Source of the DNA: Vicugna vicugna
Taxonomy: Eukaryota
Assembly: GCA_013265495.1 (NCBI GenBank)
Contig: MU058844.1
Location: forward strand, 9,444,184-9,508,183
Direction of reading: 5' to 3'
DNA: 64,000 bases
The number at the start of each line of letters is the position of its first letter. The first letter of the stretch is position 1. A model generated the notes under the pieces. The model saw nothing but the letters and a program-made list of their open reading frames with translations. It was not told the DNA's origin and did no database searches. A program made the position numbers and the translations under genes. Positions 25,320-37,441 of this stretch are shown here, one piece after another.

Positions 25320-26830
25320 CAGCGCTCCTTGGGGTGGAATAGCAAAGTTCTAGGGCAGAGCCTTCCTTCCCAGAGCCGGCGGTGCATTCGCTCTCGGATA
25401 CCTGCTCAGCTTCACGCCGCATCTGAAGGTCTGCCCGCCGCGGAACAGTTGCGTCTCCATCTGGCTGCCAACCCACCCAAGCTTTCTTCTCCTCCACCAC
25501 CACCACCTTCCCTCCTTCCCCCCACCTCCCCCTCCTTTCCGTCTTCCCTTTCCACCCCCGCCCCCAATCTCCTCTCTTTTTCTCACTACAAGCGGTTGCT
25601 GATGCTGAAGCCGAGCGTCACTTCGGCTCCCACGGCAGACATGGCGACATTGACAGTGGTCCAGCCGCTCACTCTGGACAGAGGTAAGGGAGCGGCTCGC
25701 CCTCCAGGCCACTGCGTCCCCTCTGCCTCCCCCTCTGCCCCGGCCAACTCCCACCGGGGCCGCCGTACGCGCTCGGGCAGGGGGAGCAGGGCAACGAGGA
25801 CGAGCGAAGACGCCTTTCGCGCCGAGAGCAGGATACTTTCTTCCCCTTTCTCTGCCCACCACGTCCCCGCTGCCCCTTCGCGCTGTACTCGCCCGGCCCA
25901 GGGGTGCCTGCGCCGGGCTCCGGCGCCCCCGCCGCCACTCCCAGCCCCTCGCAGGATCGCCTCCCGGCCGCCGGCTTTGTTGGAGCGGAGGCGCGGGGAC
26001 CGCTAGGCGCCCTCCCGGGGCTCGGGGGTTGGAGAGGGGCAGGGAGGAAGCTCGCCGTGCCGGGCGAGGGCGCCTGCAGCCAGAGACTGGGGAAGCCTGG
26101 AGACGGAGCTGCCTGCCAGCAAGCGCGCCCGGGGGCCGGGAGGAAGGAAGTTTGTCCTGGCGCCGAAGGGCGAGGGTCGGTCCGGCTGCGGATGCCCTGG
26201 CAACCGCCCGGGGCGGGCAAGGCGTACCCGGGGCTGGCCCATGCCCCGGCGCACGGCGGCTGGGCTGCCGTGGCGGGGAGCTGCCCTCGGCCGAAAGGGC
26301 AACGCGGAGTGCGGGCAGCCGCGCCCGGGGCCAGGGGCGCAGCGTCGGGGCCGCGGAGCCCGCTCTACCCGGCTTTGCGCTCCGAAGGCGGCGGGAGTCG
26401 CGTCTGCCCCCGCCGCCGGCAGCTCTCTGGCAGTCGCAACTCACAGTTTCTCCTGCCCCAGCCAGCCCTCGTTCTCTCCCAGCCAGTGCGCCGTGGTTCC
26501 CGGGCTGCGGAAATCGTTGGGACGCAACGCAGGCTGGGTTGAAATTCAACTTCTGACCTGCGACCCGGGGCGTCCTGCTCGCTGACTTGACTGGGGGAGC
26601 AGTGTTTGCTTCCTTCCAAGGACCTCCCCAAGCCGAAGGATGGAATCCTCCCCTATGATCGCGGCCCTCTCCTGTGCACCCGTGCGGGGGTTATACCTGT
26701 CCTTGTGTGTTCCAGTTTGCTTTCTGGCTTCCGACGTCCAATTATGAATGCACTGGAGTCCCACGACTCTGCAGCGGAGGACACCTGCTTGTCCTGGTCT
26801 GCAGCGGCAGGATTTAGGACCCTGGGCGGC
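25320..26830. promoter_or_regulatory. LIN7A: CpG island / LIN7A promoter spanning the 5'UTR, exon 1 and proximal intron 1
   Basis: Abrupt switch to very GC- and CpG-rich sequence with GC-box-like motifs around the first coding exon; the exact TSS cannot be determined from sequence. Confidence 0.9.
25602..25683 (+). CDS. LIN7A: LIN7A coding exon 1 (MLKPSVTSAPTADMATLTVVQPLTLDR plus the first base of the Asp codon)
   Basis: ATG at 25602; translation matches the recalled N-terminus of mammalian LIN7A (MALS-1/Veli-1); ends at GAG|GTAAGG donor (GT at 25684), phase 1; lies in a CpG island. Confidence 0.97.
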
Positions 26831-27539
26831 CATTTGGAAATTGTGTACTTAGATGAAAATGATTTAGTCCAATGTGCCTCTAAAAATATTCTTTCTAGCG
26901 GATTAAAGTGGACTATGGGGCAAGGCAAAAGAGCATCCTGCTGCGAGTATAGTGGAAAAAAAAAACAGGGAAAACTCAGTGAGGTTTTTAATTTGGAGAT
27001 TGTGGGTGACTTTAACGCAATCTGTTGGTGCCGAACAGATGTTCTGTGGTGCCTATAGCAACCTTACTTGGGGTGAGTTGAAAAATAAAAATAAAATAAA
27101 GTAATTGATTTTATGTTGGGAAATAACAGTTTGCAAACTAGTAAATTAGTAACAGTAGTTTAAACAGGTCAGAAATCTATTGCATAATCCACGATTTCAC
27201 CCCAATATCATCATCTGCACTAAGCAGGATAAATCCATTGCTTCTAAGAACCGAACAGATGGCAAGCCATTAGAAATTGTGGATTTCCCAAGTATTTCTG
27301 TTTTAATGTAATGAGCTCTTATATTGTCCTATTACTAAATCCCAGTCTTTAAACATCCCAAGTAAAACGACTACATTAGGAGAGAATACGAACTCCAAGA
27401 AAATTGCATACCTGAGCAATTTTAGATACCACTAGCACTGAAAATATTTCACTTTGGGGGTCTTGCCTTAGCTCTTAAATGCCTGGCTCAGTTGTGGAGA
27501 GGAAATGTAATCCGACTAAGATCTATCCTTAAAGTTTTT

Positions 27540-27639
27540 TTCTTGTTCACAGCCAGACTGTACCTGTCCTTCCCAGTTGTAATTGGGTGTATGGAGTTAG
27601 CTCAAGAGGCAAGTTGGGTGGGACTGGGGATGTATCAGA
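27540..27639 (+). ncRNA. MIR618: Diverged orthologue of the human MIR618 precursor locus (functionality doubtful)
   Basis: TCTTGTTCACAGCCAGACTGTACCTGTCCTTCCCAGT...TAGCTCAAGAGGCAAG...GGATGTATCAGA is collinear with the recalled hsa-mir-618 precursor, which lies in LIN7A intron 1; substitutions fall in the seed and stem. Locus homology is likely; an expressed miRNA is not supported. Confidence 0.55.
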
Positions 27640-29039
27640 ATAAATTCACCAGCAGCTCACTGCCCAGTCTGTGGGTGATTGGCATCATTACTGTGCATAA
27701 AATCAATACATATAAACAATTTTCTCCCCACATTTGTAAAATATGATTAATTGATTAATTTCATCATTAAATTGATGAAATAAACTGATGAAAAATTTCC
27801 TACAAAAAATAAAAACTTCTTAAAAGAGAGAGCCCAGTAGTACTTACCTGGCTCCTAGATGTGATTCTGATGATCACTCTGGATGAGCTGGTTAGTCCCT
27901 TCCAGCATCAGTTTTCCTGCGTGCCACATAAGGAGTTTGGATTAAATAATTCTGCCACTGTGCAGCTTTAACTGTCTATAAATCAATGAATTAAAATTAG
28001 GACTCAGTTTCCAGTCACCTACTGGGAGGTTTTCCAGATCACCTCCTTTCCCACCTCTTCCAGGTGTGCTCTGAGGTCACTTACTGCGTATGCCTCATCA
28101 AAGCATTTCTCGAACTCTGTTCCAGCTATGTCTTTATTGAACAGAGCTCCTTGAGGGAAGAAGCCATTCCCAAACTCTTCTTTGTATTCTCAGTGCCCGC
28201 TATAGTCCCTGATCACAGTAGAACATCAAAAATGAATGTAAACGAGTGTAAGTGAACTAAGGACTGCAATAACTTAAGCGCTGTTAAAATATGGGGATTT
28301 CATAGTGAACTGAGTTACGGCTCATAGACTCGCATCATTTGGGCCCTGAGGAGAATGGCAGGGAGGACATAAGCCAGGAGTTCTTAACCTTTTTTCCCCC
28401 CATGTGCTTGAAGGATTCCCATGGGAACCATAGCTCACTAAGCTGTGATGATTAACCAGCGTGGGTGGGGCCAGGTGGGCAAAGGAGAGAAAGGGAAGAA
28501 GATGCTGAATAAAGACTCCCAAGGGCATCTCATCAAGCAAACCTGAATCCATATGTATTCTGCTGGTTCTTTTCTAGAGTCTTCATCTTTCAAACGAAAA
28601 ACATGAATGAAGCAGTGATAGGTGTTTTCAAGGGTACTCTACTACTTAGTGGTAAATTTTATGCTAAAATCAATTTTTCTTGTTTGATACCTTTTGGCAT
28701 TGTAAACTGATTCATCCAGAATCCTCAGGGCAGAGATTTTAAGCAAACAAATGAAAATTATGGATCGAAATTAGGATGGACTTCTCTCAGAATTCAAGAT
28801 ACTATCTGAAAGTAAGAAACTCAGAAGTCTGCACTAGCTTCTTAGGTCTTGTCTGGGAAGCAAGCCTTTGCTGGAACCAGCCTGGGCTCTGAAAGGACAA
28901 ACATGAGTGGCTTTAAGTTTTCAGTTCTCTGTGTGTATCCTAAACTTTTCTGTCTGCCATTAAGACGTCAGACTAAGCCTGTGGAGGCCTCTGGGTGGCT
29001 ATGGTGAGAGCAGGTTCCTGTTCACTCTGGCCCCATCTT

Positions 29040-29990
29040 TGGGATTCATCATTTACTTGTTCAGTGCCTACTACAAGTCAGACCCTACTGTGGGACTGGT
29101 ATACACTGGTGAGTTAAATAGACATAATCACAGTCTTCATGGTAATTAGAGCCTACAGGGGGCAGGAGGGAGATTAAACACACAGATACACACTCATGCA
29201 AACCATTCATTCATTCATTCAATAAATATTCATTTATCACCAACTATATACAAGATGCTACAGGAATATCAGAGACAAAGTTTCTGCTTTTATGGTCCTT
29301 AAGAGTCAAGTGGGGGAAACGCAGTAAGTAAGGAATTCATTCATTCATTCAACTAGTAAGTACTGAGTGCCAGCCTTATGGCAAGCACTGTTTTAAGCAA
29401 TGTGGCAGTCCTAACGAACAAAGCAGATAAAATCTAATGGAGTTTACACCCTAATGAGAGACTCACACACTGAACACATCCATTACAACGATAAGTGCTA
29501 GTGAGAAAAACCAAGACTAGATCAAGTAGAGTAACAGGGACCGCTATTTGAAATATGATAGTCAAGGAAGGCCCTTTCTTCTGAGTTGGTGACACTGGAG
29601 AAGAGACCTGACAAAAGTGAGGAAGCAAACTTTGCAGGTATCTGGAAGAATGTGCTCTGGAGAAGGGCCTTCACACGTGCATCCTGGGAGCATCAAGAAA
29701 GTCAGTGTGAAAATGTGATCCCGGGGAAGAGTGGCACAAGATGGGGTTTGTGAATTGGTTGCTTGGGGACAGGTGATGTAATTTATAATTAAGATTTTAG
29801 ATTAGTTAAAAATATGCTGGGCTCTGAAAACAATAAACATGACAGGAGGCTAGAGAATAATGGGGAAGGATCTATTTAGATGGCATTGGTCAAGCAACAT
29901 TTAAACTGAGTTCTGATGTATTAATAAGATCCTGAGGGAAAGCAGTCTGGATAGAGGAAAGAATACACACAAAAGCAGTTCCCCGTGTAC
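29040..29990 (-). mobile_element. Cluster of L2 fragments
   Basis: Several reverse L2 tails (CATTCATTCATTCAATAAATATT, ATTCATTCATTCAAC) with downstream L2-like bodies. Confidence 0.6.
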
Positions 29991-31789
29991 GACTTGGCCA
30001 CCATCCCACGAATACATCCATAACCAAGCAAATGACTGAAAAGAAAAATTACTGAGAAATAGCAACATGCTAAGTGTGCATCTGGGGTAGAAATTTGGTT
30101 ATAAGTATACGAAGAAAATCTGTAGGCTAAGCTTTTTCCTTCTTATTGCTAGACTAAAACACCATACATTATAATTAGATTTTCAAAGATATACTGAGCA
30201 TTGTAATTTACACGTCATTATTGAACCCAAGTGGTCATAATATGGGATATGTTCATTTTCAGTCTAATATCTTATATTAGATTATAATACAGAAAGTAGT
30301 ACCTGTAACTTACCCTTGTGGCAAGAAGATGCTAATAAGGAGATTAAGGGTGGAATCTTCTCTTCCAATATTTAAAATGTTCAGAGTAATTCTTCCCTAT
30401 ACTTTTGCCCAGATTTTAATCTCTAAAACCAGGAATGACCTTCAGCTAAAAATCTAGGGAACAAAGCAGGTTGCAATCCATGATAATTAATACCCTTATA
30501 GCAGAGAACATTGAAATATTCCACTATGTTAAAGACTGCATGGATTTAGGCACTTTTCTTAAGTCCAGCAGCTCCAAGTCTCCTTCATTTAACATCTCAA
30601 GGTCAGAATAGACAATACAAACAGAATTCTTCAAAATTTTGCTTCTGCTTACCTTTCCCTCTACTTTTAAGCAGAATAGCTTTTTAAATAATCATGACTC
30701 ATAAAGAAGTCTTTATATGACTTACAAAGAAGATTTATAAAATCAATTTTTGGAGAAAATGAATAATTAAGACAATATCTGAGAGTAATTGAAACCGTGT
30801 AATTTAAAATACTTGAGACTTTGCTTATAACATAATCAGTATCTTCTAATCTGTATCCAGGCACCTATATAAAGTAGAATGCTGATGTCAAAGTCACCTA
30901 ACTTTTTTGTGAGTTAAATTCAACTTGGATACATTGCAAAAATGTAAATGGAAATCCTGATTTCTTGGATTCTAAAAGAAGCCATAATCTAAAATATTGA
31001 TTGAAAAAATCTTGTGTTTTCTCTTTTAAACATTAAGATGTTTGCCCTTTAAAAAAGTCTAATATAAAGCCAAGAGCTTTTAGTTTTGTGGATTTCAACC
31101 TTATGAAAAAAAAAATGAGAGCAAAAGTTGAATGCAAATGGAAGTCCCATGAGTGCCAAACTTTTCACAGAATTTGTGATACATTAAAAATGTCTCTCTT
31201 TTCCATTTTCAGGGCAAGCAGAGCTTATTACTTTATGTACTTCCCAATTCAAGCCTTGGGCAGCCTATAGCTTTTCTTATCAGCTGTATTCACCAGTTTT
31301 TATAAAATCTGCATTTGCCTGAAAATTGCTTTTGTTCATAGTCCAAAGAGGCTTTCCCTTTCTCTCTCTGTTATCAATTTATGTATTTATTTGGCATACG
31401 GAGAGATTAAAGATGAAGGAAAGTAAAAATTAAGCCACTCTTTATGTTGTTTTAAAGTTGTATGCCCTGGTGGGGAGGAGAGAGAGGCTGACTATATTTT
31501 ATGACTCTTGTCCTAAAGCCTTTTCACATCAGCAGCCAGATGTTTCAGTCTACAAACGTTGAGTGTTTGCTTTCTTTCTCCTGTTTTCTGTAAGCTTCAT
31601 GGAACATTTTTAAAAATATATTTTTATTGAATTTTCTTTTGCAGATCAATATTTGAGTTTCTTTTTGCACTATATAGTTACAGAATATTTTCCAAGAGTC
31701 AGAATCATGCCACATTCACCTGTTCTTTTTCTTTGAGAATGAAAAGTTGCAAAGAGAAGGAACCAAATTTCTGAAGAGTTTTTTGTCCA

Positions 31790-31898
31790 ATTTTAAAAAC
31801 TGAAGTATAGTTGACTTACAATATTGTGTTAATTTCAGTTGTACAGCAAAGTTATTCAGTTACATATACATATAAACATATATACATATGTATTCTTG
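31790..31898 (-). mobile_element. Short artiodactyl-type L1 3' end
   Basis: TGAAGTATAGTTGACTTACAATATTGTGTTAATTTCAGTTGTACAGCAAAG; no clear TSD. Confidence 0.7.
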
Positions 31899-32440
31899 AT
31901 TAGGAAAAAAGTATTTTCTATTTAATGAGAGCTTTACACACAATTTTAAAGTTGAAATTAAAAAAAATAATGATTGAGCATCCAGAAAAAGAAAAAGAAA
32001 TTTGGTGAATACCTTTTAGTTTGATGTGTCAGCTATCCAAGCTCTGAGATGTATTTGTTGTGCTCTGGTCATCAATGAAATTAATTCTTTTACTTTTGGG
32101 TGCTTTTTCAGAATTACAAAGGGGGCTTCGCTATTTAATAGGGAAAAGGGAACATTTAGAAAGTAGTACCAAATGGGAAGATATGTGTACTGAGTATTAG
32201 GGATGCTATTGTAGATACAAAGTCAATACCTCTTGGAGAATGTTCTTTTCTCTGTCCTGACATCTGTCTATTAGGATATAGTCTTTATCAGGTCAGAAAC
32301 TATGTTGGATTTGTTTACATAGAGCCCAACACATTGTCTGGCTTATAGTTGGCACACTCAATATTGATTGATTGATTGAATAAATGAGTGAAGGAAACTG
32401 ACTTAGCCAAACTAGCTACCATGGAGTTATTCTTACTGCT

Positions 32441-32499
32441 AAAAAAAAAAAAAAAAAAAAAGAAAAAGAAAGAAAGAAAGAAAAGACAAAGAAAAAAAA
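32441..32499. repeat. Poly(A)/(GAAA)n purine tract
   Basis: Directly visible. Confidence 0.9.
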
Positions 32500-33369
32500 G
32501 CCTTCTAACTCACTATATGTAGAAGCAGTGGCTACCTTACTTTATCAGTTTGCTTTGTGTGTGTGTGTAGCAGACCTAAAAGTGGAATACGTTCCAGGGC
32601 CAAGAAAGGATATGAGGTGCTGGTATTGATACTTGTAGTTCTACTTCCCTTGCCTGCATCCCCCTGCTATTTTAACTGGTTAATTTAATTGAACCACGCA
32701 AATTAGTGCCAGAATAAAACTGAAAAGGTTAAAAAAAAAAAAAGAAGAGGGCCTAACACACACATGTGTGCACAAATAAGCTACGTTGTCTTACTTTTTA
32801 AAAAAATCACAAATGGATGAATGATAGAGTTATGTCCTGACAAACAAGTTAATATGGATTTAATCTGAAATCACTCCGTGCTGGCCAATGTAAACACAGC
32901 CTTAAAAAGTCATGTCGATTGCATCAAGGCTTTACTTTCTGGTTTAGGTGATAGCTTTTTGTTTTGTTTTGTTTTGTTTCCTCCCCATGACTGAGTTTTA
33001 CTAAGTAACATGCTAGCTGAATTTGAAGACTCGCCTCATAAAAGTAATAGGCCCAAAGACTACTTGAAAGAAATTATGTTGAATTGAAATTTATATTGAA
33101 GTTATACTCAGATAGTATCTGTCTTGGACAGAAAACGAGGGCTTCTAATTTAAACCAGTGATAATTTCCCCGAGAAACACAGGAACTATTCTAAGTCCAC
33201 TTAGTTCTACTATTTTTGTTTACTTGCCTACTATGGTGATAGCTATGATATTTCAGTATAAAATCTTTTTATTCTATCAAAGAATCATCTTTCACCAAAA
33301 AAGAATAGAATAATAGGGATCACAGAATGGCAAAAAAAATGTAAACCTCCAAGTTAGATGAGGGGGGAA

Positions 33370-33800
33370 AAAGAACTCCATTAAATCACAGCTGAGCCTA
33401 TCTAATGGTAATGAATTTGAGAATATGGCTTAGAGAACACTGAAAGTGATTTTTGAGGAAAACTGTAGAAGAGCCGTAATTGGTGATGGACAAATATCTT
33501 GCTTTTCAAAAAAGTGTTAAAGATGTTTTGGGAAACTATAGACCAATCTACTTGTTATTGCCTCCTGGGGGAAAAAATCTAAGGCATATTCATAGAAGAA
33601 TGTGATACTGGCGTCTTAAAAAAGAAAGTAGTGATCCCACAGAGCCTACACGGGGTCTCTAAGAATAGGTCTTCTTGAATTCAGGCATGCGCCATAGCCT
33701 TACTACAAACTCAATTTCAACCATCAAACCATCGCAGCTGTCACAAAAGCCTTGTGGAAACTGTGAGGTATGTGACTCTTGGATTTCTAGTAGTCCTGGG
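33370..33800 (+). mobile_element. CR1/L3 LINE reverse-transcriptase relic
   Basis: GGAAACTATAGACCAATC encodes GNYRPI (CR1 RT 'GNYRPISL' motif) within degenerate CR1-like context; a possible continuation lies at about 34700-34950. Confidence 0.6.
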
Positions 33801-33804
33801 CTGA

Positions 33805-34060
33805 GACAGGGGTGGTTTAGCACGGAACTTAAAACGTGCACCCCAGAGCCAGCCCGCCTGGCTTTGAACCCTAGCTTTTCTGCTTACTAGCTCTGCAAAT
33901 TCTAGTGTGACTAGGATGGTTTCGAATCTCAGCTTTCTTGTCTGTAAAATAGGAAATGATAAAAATAGCACTGACCTCATAGCATGTTGACTTTAAACAA
34001 GTTAATATGTAGGAAGTACTTAAAACAGGCTTGGCACCTACCTAGTTACCACTTAATAAT
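33805..34060 (+). mobile_element. MIR SINE
   Basis: CTTACTAGCT...CTCAGCTTTCTTGTCTGTAAAATAGGAAATGATAA...ACCTCATAG...CTTGGCAC. Confidence 0.75.
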
Positions 34061-34096
34061 GATGATTACTTCTTCCCCGAGTCCTGGACATCAGGG

Positions 34097-34310
34097 AAGT
34101 CGCCCTTGGATATCTACAAGGGATTGGTTCCAGGACCTCTTGTGGATACCAAAATCCCAGGATGCTCAAGTCCCTTACAGAAAAAGGTGTAGTACAGTCA
34201 GTCATCTGTATAATATCCTTGGGTTCCACATTCTCGGATTCAACAACCATCCATCCCCAGTTGGCTGAATCTGTGGATGTGGAATTGATGGCTACAGAGG
34301 GCCAGCTCTA
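34097..34310 (+). mobile_element. MER2/Tigger2-like TcMar MITE
   Basis: GGATTGGTTCCAGGACC...GGATACCAAAATCC...GGATGCTCAAGTCCCTTA, with a roughly inverted terminus ACAGAGGGCCAGCT. Confidence 0.75.
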
Positions 34311-35104
34311 CCCCGATCCTCCTGCCAGGGGGCAGGGACCGGAGATGTTTGTTGCGTTCAAACTATATTAAGAGGTCGCGACCAGTGTTTATTTTGGTAT
34401 TCTGTAGAAGCAGGAAGTAGCTGGAGATGAGATGCCTGGAGGTCAAAACAAAAAGTTTCCTGTATAAACATCTAATTTGCCAGCTCACTCTTTTCCCAAG
34501 TCACTCCTTTCTTAATGCTTCTATAACGTTCCCCTCACCCCATAATTGTACTAGAGTGCTTAAAACACAATACAGATTTTTTTCTTTTTATTTATATTGA
34601 CCTTTGTGTACCCATTGCCTACCACAGCGTCTGAAAGATAAGTGCTCAAATGTGTGCTGAATATATTAGTGGTTTTTTTCTTCAAATACTGCATAGCTTC
34701 AGGGGGCAAAACTAGGTATGTCACAAAGGATACAAGATGACAGATTTTTTATTCAAGAAAAAATTCTCTACATGTATTCTGCTCAAAATTAGAAGGGGTG
34801 CCTTCCGGGAATTCCGGAACATCCCATTATCGAGTACTGGAGATGAACCGGCAAAACTTGAATGACAAATTGGAAAAGCTGTTACAGATGGACTTGAAGA
34901 TTCAGTCATTGTTAAAGACAGGGACTGGAGTCTGTGTAGATTTCAGCGGTTTTGTTTGATTCTATTTATATGCATTAATCAAAAGTGTACCAAACAGTTG
35001 CCTGGGGAGAATGTAACCAAGAGTGTGACTTTTTGACTCCTGTTTAGTGCTGTTTAATTGTGAAGCATCATATGATGCAGAGAGAGGCACACACCTGCCA
35101 ATCA

Positions 35105-35885
35105 GGGGTGTTAGCACAGGGTGTAGAAATCTGGGTTCAAATCCTACCTATGCCTGCCTCTTCCTTAGCTCTGTAACCTTGGCCTCTTAATAATCCCTTC
35201 TCCGTTCTTTGCTTTTCACCTGTAACATTGAAAATATTCATAGTATCTACCTCTTGAGTTGTCTGTAAAAATCAACTGAGCAAATGTACATAAGCCTATG
35301 AACACTGAACAGGTCCTCAGGCAGTACTCAGCACTGAATATTCTCCACCTCTTCTCTCCAGGGCATGTTTTCCCCAGTGCAATAAACGAAAAGCACACAA
35401 GCTTCAGATTTAGACAGATATGGATCTGAATTGCAATTCTGCCACTTACTATCTATGGAAGCTTAGAATACTGTTTACTCTCTCCACGGTCTATTTCCTT
35501 CATTCTTAATATAGGAATAATGATGCCCACTTTGTGTGGTGATACAGTCCTTTGGTTCCTCCTTCACTTTACCACTCAAGGGAAAGTGAATGGGAGTCAC
35601 CAAGTGCCAGGTGCCAAGCCAAGGGCTAGGGGTGGAGCGTGCAGATCATTTATGACATCGTAGTCTGAGTATTACAACAGCTCACGTGTATTAAGCATTT
35701 ACTACATGCCAGGCATTGTGCTTTTCATGTTTCATTTCAATTAGTCCTGACAGCAAACCTTTGAGGCAGATGCTATTAGTGTTTTGAAGATGTGGGAACT
35801 GAGGCAGAAAGAGGCTAAATAAAGGGACTGGAGCTCTGGCTGGTTGACATTTGAGGCCTTGAGCTTAATGACTGTGCTGCACTGT
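35105..35885. mobile_element. Cluster of MIR SINE fragments (two forward, one reverse)
   Basis: CTGGGTTCAAATCCT, TCTGCCACTTACT and reverse TGCCAGGCATTGTGCT...AACTGAGGCAGA MIR motifs. Confidence 0.65.
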
Positions 35886-37072
35886 GGAGAGCAAGAGCAT
35901 GGGTCTGTAACAAGCCTTGAGGAACTTGGATTTGTAAGGGATGGCAGACACAGAGGTGCTTGCAAAGGCTTCAAAGAACAGGCAGACAGGTAGGAGGCAC
36001 CACTAGGAGAGTATGTTGCCTGGAAAGAAGAGAAAAAACTTTGTTCAATGCTTACAAAAGGGATGTATACTGATACTGGTAAAGACTAATTTAAGTGATG
36101 TGTTTTAAAAGTCTAGCACAATTATTTGAAAAGAGCAGGTGTTTAATAAAGGGTTGTGCTTATGATGAATCACGGTTATTACTTTCTCAGTACGAAAGAT
36201 CAAATACACATATTGAATTATAAGGAAGTACTAGCAACATTCTGTTCCTTCTTCCCATGCTGTGCCAGTGAACCAAGAGGTAATGACTGTGACATTCAGA
36301 TCCCTCTCAGTGATCTTCACATGCAGATAAAACTTCTTCATAGACCTGGAATTTTGACAGGCTCACAGGAGGGAGTTGAGAAAGTGATAACAGTGCCCTA
36401 AGTCCCTTTCCCTGCAGCCTTTGCCGTTAAGTGGGACAAGTGAGAGTGATTTGGGCCTATGGCAGAACCTGAGTTTCAGGAACAAAGAGAAAATTGTGAT
36501 TTCTTTTCCTCCTTCAAGATTGGCTCTATATGTCCCAAAGGGCAAAACACACCGTGCTTACCCATGATCATTAAATAAATGCCTTGAGGTTTCAGTGTGT
36601 GTTTCGGTAGCCCAAGCAATGCGTATTTGTCTCGCATTCAACGTGCGAGAGATGGTCCACCTAAGTAAACCTTACAGATAACTGAAAATGACTGCTTTGG
36701 GCCAAAATTATTCATTTTTAACCATTTTTTAACCAGGAAATAAAAGATCCATTTCCTTTCCTTCTTTGATACAGCATACGTTCTGTAGAAAATGGGGGTT
36801 TTGTAAGTGAATAGTGGAAGATAAAATAAGTATGGTAGTTACTAAAGGCATGATGCGATATTTATTTGGGTGGCTCAGAGGGAAATTCTGCATCACTCCA
36901 GCTTCTCAGATCTGTTGTAGTTAGTTAAAGTTGGCAGATACACACCTCTGGATGAATAAGGCATTCTGGATCACATTGGACACTCATTTCTTCTGATGTC
37001 ACACATTATCCAAGCATTGATAGCTTGGCATTCAAATGACAACTTCCAATAGCAAAGTATTAAGACTTTGCA

Positions 37073-37441
37073 TGCTATGAACTGCATGTGTGTGTCTCTC
37101 CCTCCCTCATTCATACCGTGAAGCCCTGGCCCCCAGTGTGATAGTGTTTGGAGGTGGGGCCTTTGGGAAGTAGTCGGGTTTAGATGATGTCATTGAGAGT
37201 GGGGGTCACGATGGGATTAGTGTCCTCATAAGAAAGACCAGCACTCTCTCTTTCTCTCTCTCTCTCTGCCATGTGAATGCACATCCAGAAGGCAGAAGAC
37301 TGTCAGCCAGGAAGGGACTCTTACCAGAAACTGAGCCTGCTGGCACCTTGATCTTGAACTTCCCAGCCTCCAGAACTGTGAGAAATAAACATCTGTTTTT
37401 TTAAGCCATGGCATTCTGTTATAGCAGTTTGAGCTAAGACA
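37073..37441 (+). mobile_element. MLT1A-like (ERVL-MaLR) solo LTR
   Basis: TG...CA termini (TGCTATG...CTAAGACA); GGAGGTGGGGCCTTTGGGA; CCAGCCTCCAGAACTGTGAGAAATAAA poly(A)-signal block. Confidence 0.88.

Noticed and set aside
25684..26006. Continuation of the 243-aa ORF beyond ...PLTLDR
   Set aside because: Read-through past the canonical GTAAGG donor; the true protein continues in exon 2.
25350..26549. 399-aa minus-strand ORF and other long overlapping ORFs across the LIN7A CpG island
   Set aside because: Arg/Pro/Gly/Ala-rich, no recognisable domain, open in several frames at once; expected from stop-codon scarcity in GC-rich DNA.
27758..27781. Small hairpin ATTTCATCA-TTAAAT-TGATGAAAT near the MIR618-like locus
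   Set aside because: 9-bp AT-rich stem is expected by chance in 64 kb; too short for a pre-miRNA and no complete snoRNA box arrangement was seen.
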